Shown piece after piece: positions 14,840 through 24,580 of a stretch of 32,000 nucleotides of DNA (its first letter is position 1; every line of letters begins with the position of its first letter). A program made the position numbers and the translations under genes. Below the pieces are notes generated by a model. The model searched no databases and was not told the DNA's origin. It was given only the letters and a program-made list of their open reading frames with translations. Source of the DNA: Roseateles amylovorans (GTDB lineage Bacteria > Pseudomonadota > Gammaproteobacteria > Burkholderiales > Burkholderiaceae_C); contig NZ_CP104562.2 of the NCBI RefSeq assembly GCF_025398155.2, positions 1,183,602-1,215,601 on the forward strand, given 5' to 3'.

Positions 14840-16045
14840 ATGAATGCGTTGAGCACTGCGGCCGCCGGCACCTACCAGCGCCTGCTGGAGGCCCGCGGCG
14901 AACTGGTGGCCTTGCGCCGCGAGCTGCATGCGATGCCGGAGCTGGGCTTCGAAGAGCGCCGCACCGGCGCGCGTATCGTGCAGGCCTTGCGGGCCTGCGG
15001 CGTCGATGAAATCCATGAAGGCATCGGTCGCACCGGCCTGGTGGCGGTGATTCACGGCCAGCCGTCGGACCGCCCGCGTCTGATCGGGCTGCGCGCGGAC
15101 ATGGACGCCTTGCCGCTCAAGGAGCAGAACGATTTCGCCTGGCGTTCCGCGTCACCGGGACTGATGCATGCCTGCGGACATGACGGACATTGCGCCATGC
15201 TGGTCGGCGCGGCCCGCTACCTGGCCCAGACGCGGCAGTTCGCCGGCACGGCCGTGCTGGTGTTTCAGCCGGGCGAGGAGGGCTATGGCGGCGCACGGGA
15301 AATGATCGCCGATGGCCTGTTCGATCGATTCCCGGTCGAGGCCACTTATGCGATGCACAACTGGCCGCATCTGCCGCCGGGCAAGATCGGACTCAATCGG
15401 GGCGCGATGATGGCCGCGGCCGACCGCGTGCAGATCAGCATCCAGGGCCGCGGCGGTCACGGCGCTCATCCGCATCTCAGTGTGGATCCCGTGTTGATCG
15501 CCGGGCACATCATCACCGCGGTGCAGAGCCTGGTGTCGCGCAACATTGCGCCGATCGAGCAGGCGGTCGTGAGTCTGTGCGCGATGCAGGCCGGCGAGCC
15601 GAGTGCCTTCAGCGTGATTCCCGAACTGGCCCAGCTCACCGGCACGGTGCGCAGCTTCAAGCCGGAAGTTCAACAGTTGCTGGAAGAGCGCATGACGCGC
15701 CTGGTGGAATCGGTCGCACTGGGCTTTGGTGCGAGCGCCAAGGTCGACTATCAACGGCTTTATCCCGCCACGATCAACAGCGCCCCCGAGGCTGATTTCG
15801 CGATCCAGGTGTCGCAGTGGCTGGTGGGCGCCGAGAACGTGGACGACAAACTGCCGCCCAGCATGGGCAGCGAGGACTTCGCCTTCATGCTGCAGGCCCG
15901 GCCCGGCGCTTATCTGAGACTGGGGCAGGGCGGACCTTGCGGCCTGCACCAGCCCCGCTACGACTTCAACGACGAGGTGCTGCCGCTGGGCTCTGCCCTG
16001 TTTGCCGCGCTGGTCGAACAGGGCCTGCCGGTGACGCCGGCGTGA
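14840..16045 (+). CDS. M20-family amidohydrolase (aminoacylase/hippurate hydrolase-like)
   Basis: 401 aa with LRRELHAMPELGFEE and MHACGHDGH metal-binding blocks. The start lies 1 nt after the permease stop. Confidence 0.9.
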   Translation: MNALSTAAAGTYQRLLEARGELVALRRELHAMPELGFEERRTGARIVQALRACGVDEIHEGIGRTGLVAVIHGQPSDRPRLIGLRADMDALPLKEQNDFAWRSASPGLMHACGHDGHCAMLVGAARYLAQTRQFAGTAVLVFQPGEEGYGGAREMIADGLFDRFPVEATYAMHNWPHLPPGKIGLNRGAMMAAADRVQISIQGRGGHGAHPHLSVDPVLIAGHIITAVQSLVSRNIAPIEQAVVSLCAMQAGEPSAFSVIPELAQLTGTVRSFKPEVQQLLEERMTRLVESVALGFGASAKVDYQRLYPATINSAPEADFAIQVSQWLVGAENVDDKLPPSMGSEDFAFMLQARPGAYLRLGQGGPCGLHQPRYDFNDEVLPLGSALFAALVEQGLPVTPA

Positions 16046-16154
16046 GGCCCGCCACCCGGGCGATCGCCGATCGCCGCCTCGGCCCGCTGATGGTTCTACC
16101 CCCTTCACCATGTCTCCCGGCAGCACGCATGATTTCGCACGGAGTGTCCAAGCT

Positions 16155-17126
16155 ATGAGTTCCACTGCGCCGCCCTCGGTGCCGCCCTCACCGAACCCCG
16201 GCCCCCCCACGCGGGCGCCGAACGCGCTGCAGCGCTTTTTCGATGGCGACGTCTGGCATTCCTTCACCCGCTCGCCGGTGACGATGGCGGCGGCCGTCGT
16301 GGCCCTGTTCTGCCTGGTGTGTGCCGTCTTCGCGCCGTGGATCGCGCCGCATGATCCCTTCGATCTGTCGACCGTCGACCTGATGGACTCCCGCCTCCCG
16401 CCCGCATGGAGCGAGGGCGGATCCACCAAGTTCCTGCTGGGGACCGATGACCAGGGCCGCGACCTGCTGAGCGCCATCATGTATGGGGCGCGGATTTCGA
16501 TGCTGGTGGGTTTCGCCTCGGTGCTGGTGTCGATGGTGATCGGCATTGCGCTGGGCCTGCTGGCGGGGTTCGTCGGCGGCAAGACCGATGCCTTCATCAT
16601 GCGGGTCTGCGATGTGATGCTGTCCTTCCCCTCCATCCTGGTGGCGCTGCTGGTGGACGGCATCGGCCGTGTGCTGCTGCCCGATGCGCATGGCACGCTG
16701 GCCTTCGCGGTGCTGATCCTGGCGATCTCGCTGACCGGCTGGGTCCAGTACGCCCGCACCGTGCGTGGCTCCACGCTGGTCGAGCGCAACAAGGAATATG
16801 TGCAGGCCGCGCGTGTCATCGGCGTCAAGACGCCGGCCATCATGTGGCGCCATGTGCTGCCGAATGTCACCGGGCCGGTGCTGGTGCTGGGCACCTTGCA
16901 GGTGGCCTCCGCCATCCTGACCGAGGCGACGCTGTCCTTCCTTGGCGTGGGCGTGCCGCCGACCAGTCCGTCGTTGGGGACGCTGATCCGCATCGGCAAC
17001 GACTTCCTGTTCTCCGGGGAATGGTGGATCACGATCTGGCCCAGTGTGATGCTGGTGATGATTGCGCTGTCGGTGAATCTGCTGGGTGATTGGCTGCGTG
17101 ACGCGCTCAATCCCCGTCTGCGTTGA
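16155..17126 (+). CDS. ABC transporter permease, peptide/nickel (DppC/OppC) family
   Basis: The ORF runs 16110..17126. I prefer ATG 16155 (GGAG upstream), but ATG 16110 is possible. It has the APWIAPHDP N-terminal motif and is multi-TM. Confidence 0.88.
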   Translation: MSSTAPPSVPPSPNPGPPTRAPNALQRFFDGDVWHSFTRSPVTMAAAVVALFCLVCAVFAPWIAPHDPFDLSTVDLMDSRLPPAWSEGGSTKFLLGTDDQGRDLLSAIMYGARISMLVGFASVLVSMVIGIALGLLAGFVGGKTDAFIMRVCDVMLSFPSILVALLVDGIGRVLLPDAHGTLAFAVLILAISLTGWVQYARTVRGSTLVERNKEYVQAARVIGVKTPAIMWRHVLPNVTGPVLVLGTLQVASAILTEATLSFLGVGVPPTSPSLGTLIRIGNDFLFSGEWWITIWPSVMLVMIALSVNLLGDWLRDALNPRLR

Positions 17127-17138
17127 ACGGGTCGCGAG

Positions 17139-18107
17139 ATGACTGCCTTGCTTGAAGTTCGCCACCTGCGGGTGGAATTCCCGACACGTCGCGGCACGCT
17201 GGTCGCGCTGGACGACATTTCCTTCGACATCGCGCCCGGGGAGGTGTTGGGCGTGGTGGGCGAGTCCGGTGCCGGCAAGTCGTTGACCGGGGCGGCCATC
17301 ATCGGCTTGCTGGAGCCGCCGGGCCGCATCGCCGGCGGCGAAATCCGGCTCGAGGGACGCCGCATCGATCAGCTCTCGCCCGATGAGATGCGCCGTGTGC
17401 GCGGACGGCAGATCGGCGCCATCTTCCAGGATCCGCTGACCTCGCTCAACCCGCTCTACAGCGTGGGGCGTCAGTTGATCGAGACCATCACCGCGCACCT
17501 GCCATTGACCGCTCGGCAGGCGCGTGCACGCGCCATCGAGCTGCTGGCCGCAACCGGCATCCCCGCACCCGAAGCGCGGGTGGACCAGTATCCGCATCAG
17601 TTTTCCGGCGGCATGCGCCAGCGGGTGGTGATCGCGCTGGCCCTGGCCGCCAATCCCAAGCTGATCGTGGCCGATGAGCCCACCACCGCGCTGGATGTGT
17701 CGATCCAGGCGCAGATCATTGCCTTGCTGAAGCGCGTCTGCAAAGAGCAGGGCGCGGCCGTGATGCTGGTGACGCATGACATGGGGGTCATCGCCGAGAC
17801 CTGCGACCGGGTCGCGGTGATGTATGCCGGACGCGTTGCCGAGATCGGACCGGTGCAGGAGGTGATTCATCGCCCCGGACATCCCTACACCGCGGGACTG
17901 ATGGGCTCGATTCCGGCGATGGATGAAGACCGCGAGCGTCTGGTGCAGATCGATGGTGCGATGCCCCGACTCAATGCGATCCCATCAGGTTGCGCCTTCC
18001 ATCCGCGTTGCCCGAAGGCCTTCGACCGTTGCGAGCAGCAGCGTCCTGAATTGATGGCGGCTCCCGCCACTGCGGCAGCCTGCTGGCTGCATGGAGGTGC
18101 CGCATGA
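17139..18107 (+). CDS. ABC transporter ATP-binding protein (DppD/OppD-like)
   Basis: Walker A GESGAGKS, signature FSGGMRQR, Walker [13 protein letters not shown], and a C-terminal oligopeptide-type Cys motif (CAFHPRCP). Confidence 0.93.
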   Translation: MTALLEVRHLRVEFPTRRGTLVALDDISFDIAPGEVLGVVGESGAGKSLTGAAIIGLLEPPGRIAGGEIRLEGRRIDQLSPDEMRRVRGRQIGAIFQDPLTSLNPLYSVGRQLIETITAHLPLTARQARARAIELLAATGIPAPEARVDQYPHQFSGGMRQRVVIALALAANPKLIVADEPTTALDVSIQAQIIALLKRVCKEQGAAVMLVTHDMGVIAETCDRVAVMYAGRVAEIGPVQEVIHRPGHPYTAGLMGSIPAMDEDRERLVQIDGAMPRLNAIPSGCAFHPRCPKAFDRCEQQRPELMAAPATAAACWLHGGAA

Positions 18108-19150
18108 GTGCCGTGATGACGACAGACGGTGAACAGGCCGCTTCCGACGGCCGCCAGGGAGCGGTGCTGGTCGAGGTGCGCGAGCTATCCAAGAGCTTCG
18201 ACGTGTCCGCGCCCTGGCTCAATCGCGTGATCGAGCGCAAGCCGCGCCAGTTCGTGCATGCGGTCGACGGGGTGAGTTTCCAGATCGAGCGCGGGACGAC
18301 CCTGGCGCTGGTCGGCGAATCCGGTTGCGGCAAAAGCACCGTCGCCCGTTTGCTGGTCGGGCTGTACCGGCCCAGCGGCGGTGAGGTGAGGTTTGACGAT
18401 GTGGACATCGCCACGACACTGGCCGGTCCGGGGGCGCTGCCATTGCGTCGACGGATGCAGATGATCTTTCAGGATCCGTATGCGAGCCTGAATCCGCGCT
18501 GGAAGGTGCAGGACATCGTCGGCGAACCGCTGCGCGAGCATGGCCTGGTGCGCGATGGGGCGGCATTGAAGCAGCGGGTGGGCGAGCTGCTGGTCTCGGT
18601 GGGGCTGTCGCCGGCGGATGTGGAGAAGTTTCCGCATCAGTTTTCCGGTGGCCAGCGCCAACGTATCTCCATCGCCCGTGCCCTGGCGACCGAGCCGGAG
18701 TTCCTGGTCTGCGACGAACCGACGTCAGCGCTTGACGTGTCGGTGCAGGCCCAGGTGCTCAACATCATGAAAGACCTGCAACGGCGGCAGGGCCTGACCT
18801 ATCTGTTCATTTCGCACAACCTGGCGGTGGTGCGGCATGTCGCCGACCAGGTCGGTGTGATGTACCTGGGGCGGCTGGTCGAGCAGGCGGACAAGCGGCG
18901 TCTGTTCGCCGCGCCTCGTCATCCCTACACCCGGATGCTGCTGGATGCGATTCCCGACATCCACATGACGGGTCGTTCCCGCACGCCGGTTCAGGGCGAG
19001 GTGCCGAATCCGCTCAATCCACCCACCGGCTGCAGTTTCCATCCGCGCTGTCCGCATGCGAATGCGCGCTGCAGCCAGGAGCGACCGGCGCTGCTGACGG
19101 TGGAGGGCACACGCGTTGCGTGTCACGCGGTCGAGGAAGGGCGGATCTGA
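18104..19150 (+). CDS. ABC transporter ATP-binding protein (DppF/OppF-like)
   Basis: Walker A GESGCGKS, signature FSGGQRQR, Walker [12 protein letters not shown] and CSFHPRCP. There is a 4-nt overlap with the preceding gene. Confidence 0.93.
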   Translation: MSAVMTTDGEQAASDGRQGAVLVEVRELSKSFDVSAPWLNRVIERKPRQFVHAVDGVSFQIERGTTLALVGESGCGKSTVARLLVGLYRPSGGEVRFDDVDIATTLAGPGALPLRRRMQMIFQDPYASLNPRWKVQDIVGEPLREHGLVRDGAALKQRVGELLVSVGLSPADVEKFPHQFSGGQRQRISIARALATEPEFLVCDEPTSALDVSVQAQVLNIMKDLQRRQGLTYLFISHNLAVVRHVADQVGVMYLGRLVEQADKRRLFAAPRHPYTRMLLDAIPDIHMTGRSRTPVQGEVPNPLNPPTGCSFHPRCPHANARCSQERPALLTVEGTRVACHAVEEGRI

Positions 19151-19339
19151 CACAGATCGGCATCGGTCATGGCGGCCGATGTAATCCTGCGCTGGCCAGT
19201 CCCATGCGTTGCTGATCGTCGCGGCGGTGCGATGACTGCAGTCTGAGCCTGCGGGCCCATCCTCGACTCCGCGGACGTCTCCGTTCGTAGCCGAGGTGCT
19301 GGGCGCTTCCCAGGCCCGGCTGACGCTGCGGCCCCGTCG

Positions 19340-19612
19340 TCAGCGCTGGGGCATGATGGCCGCGCTGGCCGGTGCCGAGGCCGGATCGGCACTGTGGCGC
19401 AGGATGTCGGGTTCGGTGGGCGGGTTGGTGTTGGCCGGCTTGGCGTGGCCGGGCTTGGCCGGCAGCTGCAGCGGCCGTTTCTGGCCGCAGCCGACAACGC
19501 CCGCGGCGATCGCCAAGGTGGCACACAACATCAGGCACGACAGGGCCTTGCCGGTGGCGGCATCGGGGGTCCGGGGCGCTGCGCCTACACTTCGCTTCTT
19601 CGTTTTCATCAT
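19340..19612 (-). CDS. lptM: small lipoprotein, LptM/YifL-like
   Basis: C-terminal 90 aa of ORF 19340..19960, starting at the ATGATG at 19612/19609 after GGAG. It has a signal peptide with a lipobox (AAGVVG-C) followed by CGQKRPLQLP, resembling the YifL GCGxKGPLxxP motif. It is divergent from cyaY, as in E. coli. Confidence 0.6.
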   Translation of the reverse strand: MMKTKKRSVGAAPRTPDAATGKALSCLMLCATLAIAAGVVGCGQKRPLQLPAKPGHAKPANTNPPTEPDILRHSADPASAPASAAIMPQR

Positions 19613-19639
19613 GGACTCCAGTCTAGCGAGTCCCGACCC

Positions 19640-19993
19640 ATGACCGCCACCGCCACACCACTGACCGATGCCGAATACGACGCCAGGACCGCCGCCGTGC
19701 TGTCCCGCATCGAAACCGTGGTGGATGCCTGGCTGGACGACGATGTGATGGATGTGGACCAGCATCGCACCGGCGGTCTGCTGGAGCTGGAGTTTCCCGA
19801 TCGCAGCAAGATCGTGGTGAACACGCAGCCGCCGCTGCATGAGTTGTGGTTGGCGTCGCGGCGCGGCGGCTTTCATTTCAAGTTCGTCAACGGCCAGTGG
19901 TTGGACACCAAGGACGGTGTGGAGTTCTTCATCCGCTTGTCGGAGGAGGCGAGCTTCCACGCCGGCAAGTCGCTGAAGGTCGAGGCCTCCTGA
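19640..19993 (+). CDS. cyaY: iron-sulfur cluster assembly protein CyaY (frataxin homologue)
   Basis: Met83 of ORF 19394..19993, giving 117 aa. Frataxin-like blocks are DVDQHRTGGLLELEFPDRSKIVVNTQPPLHELWLAS and GFHF. Confidence 0.9.
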   Translation: MTATATPLTDAEYDARTAAVLSRIETVVDAWLDDDVMDVDQHRTGGLLELEFPDRSKIVVNTQPPLHELWLASRRGGFHFKFVNGQWLDTKDGVEFFIRLSEEASFHAGKSLKVEAS

Positions 19994-20071
19994 GCGCGGC
20001 GATCACGCCCCGCGCGACGACGTCCCACCCGAGCCCTCGTCCCGGCACGCAGCCACCCGCCATGGCCAACG

Positions 20072-20100
20072 AAAACGCCAGCCTTGAGGGCTGGCGTTTT
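20072..20100. terminator. bidirectional intrinsic terminator between cyaY and mrcA
   Basis: AAAACGCCAGCC-ttgag-GGCTGGCGTTTT. It is a perfect stem flanked by an A-run and a T-run. Confidence 0.85.
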
Positions 20101-20119
20101 GCTGTCCACGTTCCGCTTT

Positions 20120-20150
20120 CGGACCTGAGGCCGACCTGAGGCCGACCTGG
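20120..20150. repeat. 11-bp tandem repeat, about 2.8 units
   Basis: CGGACCTGAGG, CCGACCTGAGG and CCGACCTGG, ending 8 nt from the mrcA stop codon. Confidence 0.8.
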
Positions 20151-20157
20151 CGGTCGA

Positions 20158-22596
20158 TCAGCGTTTGAAGAGGTCGAGGATGCTCTTCTTCTCTTCCTCG
20201 GATCCCGTGGTCGGCACGTTTTCGTCGTTCGTCAGGGCGCGCACGCCCTCGTTGCCGCTGAATTCGTCGTAGAACCACTCGCCGTTGAGATTGACCAGGC
20301 CTTCGGTCGGCGGGATCTCGGCCACCGGCGTGTTGCGCAGGGCGTACTGCATGAACTCGATCCACACCGGCAGGGCCAGTCCGCCGCCGGTTTCCCGGTC
20401 GCCCAGCTTGCGGGGTTGGTCATAGCCGATCCACACCACGGCCGCCAGCGTCGGCTGATAGCCGGCGAACCAGGCGTCCATGGAATCGTTGGTGGTGCCG
20501 GTCTTGCCGTAGAGGTCCGGTCGCTTCAGGGTGGATTGCGCGCGCGCGGCGGTGCCGCTGCGCGCCACTTCCTGCAGCAGTCGGCTCATCATGAAGGCAT
20601 TGCGCGGTTCGACGGCGCGCATGTCGTCGGCGAGCGGCTTGGGTGTCGCCTGGTACAGCTGCCGTCCCTGGTGATCAGTGATGCGCTGCACCAGTGAGGG
20701 CGTGATCCGGTAGCCGCCATTGGCGAACACCGAATAGGCCTGCGCCATCTGCATCGGGGTCACCGCGCCAGCGCCCAGGGCCATGGTCAGATAGGCGGGG
20801 TGCTTGTCGGCTTCGAAGCCGAAGTGGGTGATCCAGTCCTGGGCGTACCGAACCCCGATCGCCTGCAGGATCCGGATGGACACCATGTTCTTGGACTTGG
20901 CCAGTGCCGTGTGCAGCGGCATCGCACCTTCGAACTTGCCGTCATAGTTCTTGGGCTCCCAGGGCTGGCTGCCGGTGGTGGAGGCATCAAAGAACAGCGG
21001 GCTGTCGTTGACCACGGTCGCCGGACCGAAGCCCTTTTCCAGCGCTGCCGAATAGATGAAGGGCTTGAAACTCGAGCCCGGTTGGCGCCAGGCCTGGGTG
21101 ACGTGGTTGAACTTGTTCTTGTTGTAATCGAAGCCGCCGACCAGGGCCCGCACGCTGCCGTCCCTCGGATTCAGGGCGACCATCGCCCCTTCCACTTCCG
21201 GCAACTGGGTGATGGTCCATTCGTCCTTGTTGTTGCGGACCAGCTTCACCACCCGGATCACCGCACCGCGTCGGATGCGGGTTTTGGGGTTGCCCTTGTC
21301 GGACAGCCCGGAGGTGGCCGGTTTCAGGCCTTCGCCCACGATGGTGACCGTCTCGCCACTCTGCAGCGCAGCCAGCACCCGCTTCGGATCGGCCTCCAGC
21401 ACGACGGCGGCCAGCAGTTCGTCGTTGGCCGGGTGGTCAGACAGGGCTTCGGCGACCCGGGTGTCCAGCTCTTTCGGGTCGGCCGGGAGGTCCACATAGG
21501 CTTCCGGACCGCGGTACACCTGCCGGCGCTCGTAATCCATGATGCCGCGACGCAGGGCGCGGTAGGCCCGTTCCTGCTCGTCGGCATTCAGCGTGAGGTA
21601 GACATTCAACCCGCGGGTATAGGCCTCTTCCCCGTACTGGCTGAAGATCAGTTGCCGCGCCAGCTCGGCGACGTACTCGGCATGGTTGGCCGCTTCCTGC
21701 GGCGGTCGGATGCGCAGCTTCTCCGCCTTGGCCTCGGCATGCTGCTCGGGGCTGATGAAGCCCATTTCCAGCATCCGGTCGATGATGTATTGCTGGCGCA
21801 ACATCGCGCGGCGCGGATTGTTGATCGGGTTGTAAGCAGATGGTGCTTTTGGCAACCCGGCGAGCATCGCCGCCTCGGCCACCGACAGGTCTTTCATCGG
21901 CTTTCCGAAGTAGACCTCGCTGGCTGCCGCGAAGCCGTAGGCGCGGTGACCCAGGAAGATCTGGTTCATGTAGATCTCGAGGATCTTCTCCTTGGGCAGC
22001 GCGCTCTCGATCTTCAGCGCCAGCAAGATCTCGTAGATCTTGCGGGTGAAGGTCTTCTCGGTGGAGAGATAGAAGTTGCGGGCCACCTGCATCGTGATGG
22101 TGGAGGCGCCCTGGCTCTTGGACTCCCCCACATTGGCCAGGCCGGCGCGAATCACACCCAGGTAGTCGACCCCTCCGTGCTGATAGAAGCGGGCGTCCTC
22201 GATGGCCAGCACCGCGTCCTGCATCACCTTGGGTATGGCGCGGATGCTGGAGTAGCTGCGCCGCTCCTCGCCGTACTCGCCCAACAGCTGCCCTTCACTC
22301 GAGAGCACGCGCAGGGGCAGCTTGGGCCGGTAGTCGGTGAGGCCGCTGATGTCGGGCAACTGCGGATAGGCCATCGCCAGTGCCATGCCGGCCAGCATCG
22401 CGACCGCGCCGACGCCGGCCAGGATCAGGCCCAGCAGCCAGCCCAGCGCTCGCAGCAGCCAATGCTTCTTCGGCTTCTGCTTCCGGGGCGCCTTCTTGGC
22501 GCCCGCCCTCTTTGGAGGGGTGTCGGGGGAGGAGGAAGAGGGGGTGTCGTCGTGGGAGGCTGGGGGGGTCTTCGCGGGCATGAGCAAAGTGTGCAT
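20158..22596 (-). CDS. mrcA: penicillin-binding protein 1A (bifunctional transglycosylase/transpeptidase)
   Basis: 812 aa. It has a glycosyltransferase block (EDARFYQHGGVD) and transpeptidase motifs (SSFKP, SKN, KTGTT). The N-terminal cytoplasmic extension is Lys/Pro-rich. An alternative start is Met6 (22581). Confidence 0.95.
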   Translation of the reverse strand: MHTLLMPAKTPPASHDDTPSSSSPDTPPKRAGAKKAPRKQKPKKHWLLRALGWLLGLILAGVGAVAMLAGMALAMAYPQLPDISGLTDYRPKLPLRVLSSEGQLLGEYGEERRSYSSIRAIPKVMQDAVLAIEDARFYQHGGVDYLGVIRAGLANVGESKSQGASTITMQVARNFYLSTEKTFTRKIYEILLALKIESALPKEKILEIYMNQIFLGHRAYGFAAASEVYFGKPMKDLSVAEAAMLAGLPKAPSAYNPINNPRRAMLRQQYIIDRMLEMGFISPEQHAEAKAEKLRIRPPQEAANHAEYVAELARQLIFSQYGEEAYTRGLNVYLTLNADEQERAYRALRRGIMDYERRQVYRGPEAYVDLPADPKELDTRVAEALSDHPANDELLAAVVLEADPKRVLAALQSGETVTIVGEGLKPATSGLSDKGNPKTRIRRGAVIRVVKLVRNNKDEWTITQLPEVEGAMVALNPRDGSVRALVGGFDYNKNKFNHVTQAWRQPGSSFKPFIYSAALEKGFGPATVVNDSPLFFDASTTGSQPWEPKNYDGKFEGAMPLHTALAKSKNMVSIRILQAIGVRYAQDWITHFGFEADKHPAYLTMALGAGAVTPMQMAQAYSVFANGGYRITPSLVQRITDHQGRQLYQATPKPLADDMRAVEPRNAFMMSRLLQEVARSGTAARAQSTLKRPDLYGKTGTTNDSMDAWFAGYQPTLAAVVWIGYDQPRKLGDRETGGGLALPVWIEFMQYALRNTPVAEIPPTEGLVNLNGEWFYDEFSGNEGVRALTNDENVPTTGSEEEKKSILDLFKR

Positions 22597-22822
22597 TTAT
22601 GCGTGCCCGCCCGCCGCCTGTCAGGGCCTGTACGGGTGCGAATCGGGCCGCGAGCAGCGATTATAGGAACCCTCTTCCGGGCATCGACGCATCGCCCGAC
22701 CCGGCGGTGGCACAACGGCTTTCATGCCCGCTTTTCAAGCTTTTGACGGGCTTCTGCGGCGTGTATGTTACGCAACGCGGTGTTACGTGCTGTGACCGCT
22801 TTGCCTTGGGGCATCAAAGGCA

Positions 22823-22851
22823 TTGCTGCTAGCATTCAAGTAACTTATTAA
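22823..22851 (+). promoter_or_regulatory. possible sigma70 promoter for pilM
   Basis: TTGCTG, 17-nt spacer, TATTAA, in the only AT-rich patch of the mrcA-pilM spacer. It lies about 38 nt before the pilM ATG. Confidence 0.3.
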
Positions 22852-22888
22852 CAAACCGGCGCAAAGCGGCGCGTTGGGGGAACGCTTC

Positions 22889-23968
22889 ATGGGATTTTGG
22901 GACGTACTGCTTGGGCGCGCGCATCCACCCATGATTGGCCTGGACATCTCGTCGTCCAGTGTCAAACTCGTGGAATTGAGCCAAAACTCCAAAGGTGAAT
23001 ACGTGCTTGAACGTTTCGCCACGGAGCCATTTGAAAAAGGTTGGATCACCGACGGCCAGATCGAGAAATTCGATGAGGTTGCGGAGGCCGTTCGTCGCGT
23101 CGTGACGCGCAGCGGCAGCAAGACACGGCATGCCTCATTGGCCATGCCGCAGTCTGCGGTGATCACCAAGAAAATCATGCTGCCGGACGGCCTGCGCGAG
23201 GAAGAACTCGAGTTGCAGGTGGAAGCCGAGGCGAATCAATACATTCCGTTCTCGCTGGACGAGGTGTCGCTGGACTTCTGCGTCATCGGTCCGAGCCCGA
23301 CCTCGGTCGGTGATGTGGAAGTGCTGATCGCTGCGTCCCGCAAGGACCGCGTGCAGGACCGTCAGGCCCTGGCGGAGGCGGCGGGTCTGCGTCCGATGGT
23401 GCTGGACATCGAGTCGCATGCCTCGCGCATGGCGATGGGTCGTCTGGTGCAGAGCCTGCCCAACGAGGGCAAGGATGCGTTGGTCGCGCTGTTTGAAATC
23501 GGCGCCGACACCACCAGCCTGAAGGTGCTTCGCGACGACGAAATGCTGTATGACCGGGACCAGGCATTTGGCGGCTCGCAGCTGACCCTGCTGATTTCGC
23601 GCCAATACGGTTTCTCGTTCGAAGAAGCCGAGCAGAAGAAACTCAACGGCGAACTTCCCGAGGACTATGACACGCAAGTGCTCAATCCTTTTGTGGACAG
23701 TTTGTCCCAGGAAATTGGTCGCGCCTTGCAGTATTTCTTCACCAGCACGCCGCATCACAAGGTTCACTATGTGATGTTGGCCGGCGGCACTGCGACGCTG
23801 CCCGGGCTCAAGGAGCGTGTGACCGAATTGACGGGATTTGCCTGCATGGTCGTGAATCCGTTCGAAAACATGGAACTGGGTTCCGCCGTGCGTGAATCCA
23901 AACTGCGGCGCGAAGCGCCGGCCTACCTGACCGCCTGCGGGCTGGCGATGCGGAGGTTCTTTCAGTGA
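22889..23968 (+). CDS. pilM: type IV pilus assembly protein PilM
   Basis: The ORF begins at TTG 22874. I prefer ATG 22889, after GGGGGA. It has the IGLDISSSSVKLVELS N-terminal actin-like fold block and sits first in the pilMNOPQ order. Confidence 0.93.
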   Translation: MGFWDVLLGRAHPPMIGLDISSSSVKLVELSQNSKGEYVLERFATEPFEKGWITDGQIEKFDEVAEAVRRVVTRSGSKTRHASLAMPQSAVITKKIMLPDGLREEELELQVEAEANQYIPFSLDEVSLDFCVIGPSPTSVGDVEVLIAASRKDRVQDRQALAEAAGLRPMVLDIESHASRMAMGRLVQSLPNEGKDALVALFEIGADTTSLKVLRDDEMLYDRDQAFGGSQLTLLISRQYGFSFEEAEQKKLNGELPEDYDTQVLNPFVDSLSQEIGRALQYFFTSTPHHKVHYVMLAGGTATLPGLKERVTELTGFACMVVNPFENMELGSAVRESKLRREAPAYLTACGLAMRRFFQ

Positions 23969-24573
23969 TTCTGATCAACCTGCTCCCGCACCGCGAGGAG
24001 AAACGCAAGCGTCGTGAGACCGCGTTCTACGTCGGTCTGGGCATGTCCTTCATCGCCGGCCTGCTGGTCGTCGGCGTCATCTATGTGATGCTGGAACAGA
24101 TGACCGCCGCGCAAGTCGGGCGCAACAATTTCCTGAAATCGGAGATTGCCAAGCTCGACGAGCAGATCAAGGACATCGCCACCCTGCGCGACGAGATCGA
24201 GGCGCTGCGCGCCCGTCAGCGCGCGGTGGAAGACCTGCAAAGCGACCGCAACACCCCGGTGCACCTGCTCAACGAGCTGGCGAAGTACACCCCGGAGGGC
24301 ATCTACCTCCAGGGCATTCGCCAGACCGGCAAGAGCGTGGTCATCAACGGTGTGGCGGCGACCAACGAACGTGTTTCGGAATTCCTGCGCAACATCGGCC
24401 GTGCCGATTGGCTGGAAAACCCGGAACTGGTGGAAATCAAGCTGGCGCAGACGAATCAACGCGATGCGCGTCGGCTGTTCGATTTCTCGATGAAGGTGGC
24501 CATCAAGAGCCCGGCGGTGGAAGCACCTGCTGGCGCTGCGAGTGCGCCGGCCGTCAAGGCCAACAAGTCCTGA
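23965..24573 (+). CDS. pilN: type IV pilus assembly protein PilN
   Basis: A GTG start overlaps the pilM stop (GTGA). It has the MILINLLPHREEKRKRR motif, then a TM helix and a coiled coil. Confidence 0.92.
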   Translation: MILINLLPHREEKRKRRETAFYVGLGMSFIAGLLVVGVIYVMLEQMTAAQVGRNNFLKSEIAKLDEQIKDIATLRDEIEALRARQRAVEDLQSDRNTPVHLLNELAKYTPEGIYLQGIRQTGKSVVINGVAATNERVSEFLRNIGRADWLENPELVEIKLAQTNQRDARRLFDFSMKVAIKSPAVEAPAGAASAPAVKANKS

Positions 24574-24580
24574 GGATCGC

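Noticed and set aside
15152-17365. 737-aa ORF on the minus strand spanning the M20 hydrolase and permease genes. Similar long antisense ORFs are 16188..17882 (-), 20800..22746 (+), 11049..12215 (-) and 5529..6500 (-).
   Set aside because: They are antisense to well-supported genes. Their composition is extremely Arg/Pro/Gly/Ser/His-biased, with no start-site signals or motifs. I interpret them as GC-driven open frames.
22808-22836. Sigma54-like GG...GC elements (GGGGCATCAAAGGCATTGCT and AGGCATTGCTGCTAGCA) upstream of pilM.
   Set aside because: The spacing between the GG and GC dinucleotides is 1 or 3 nt longer than the fixed spacing of the TGGCAC-N5-TTGC consensus, so neither alignment fits.
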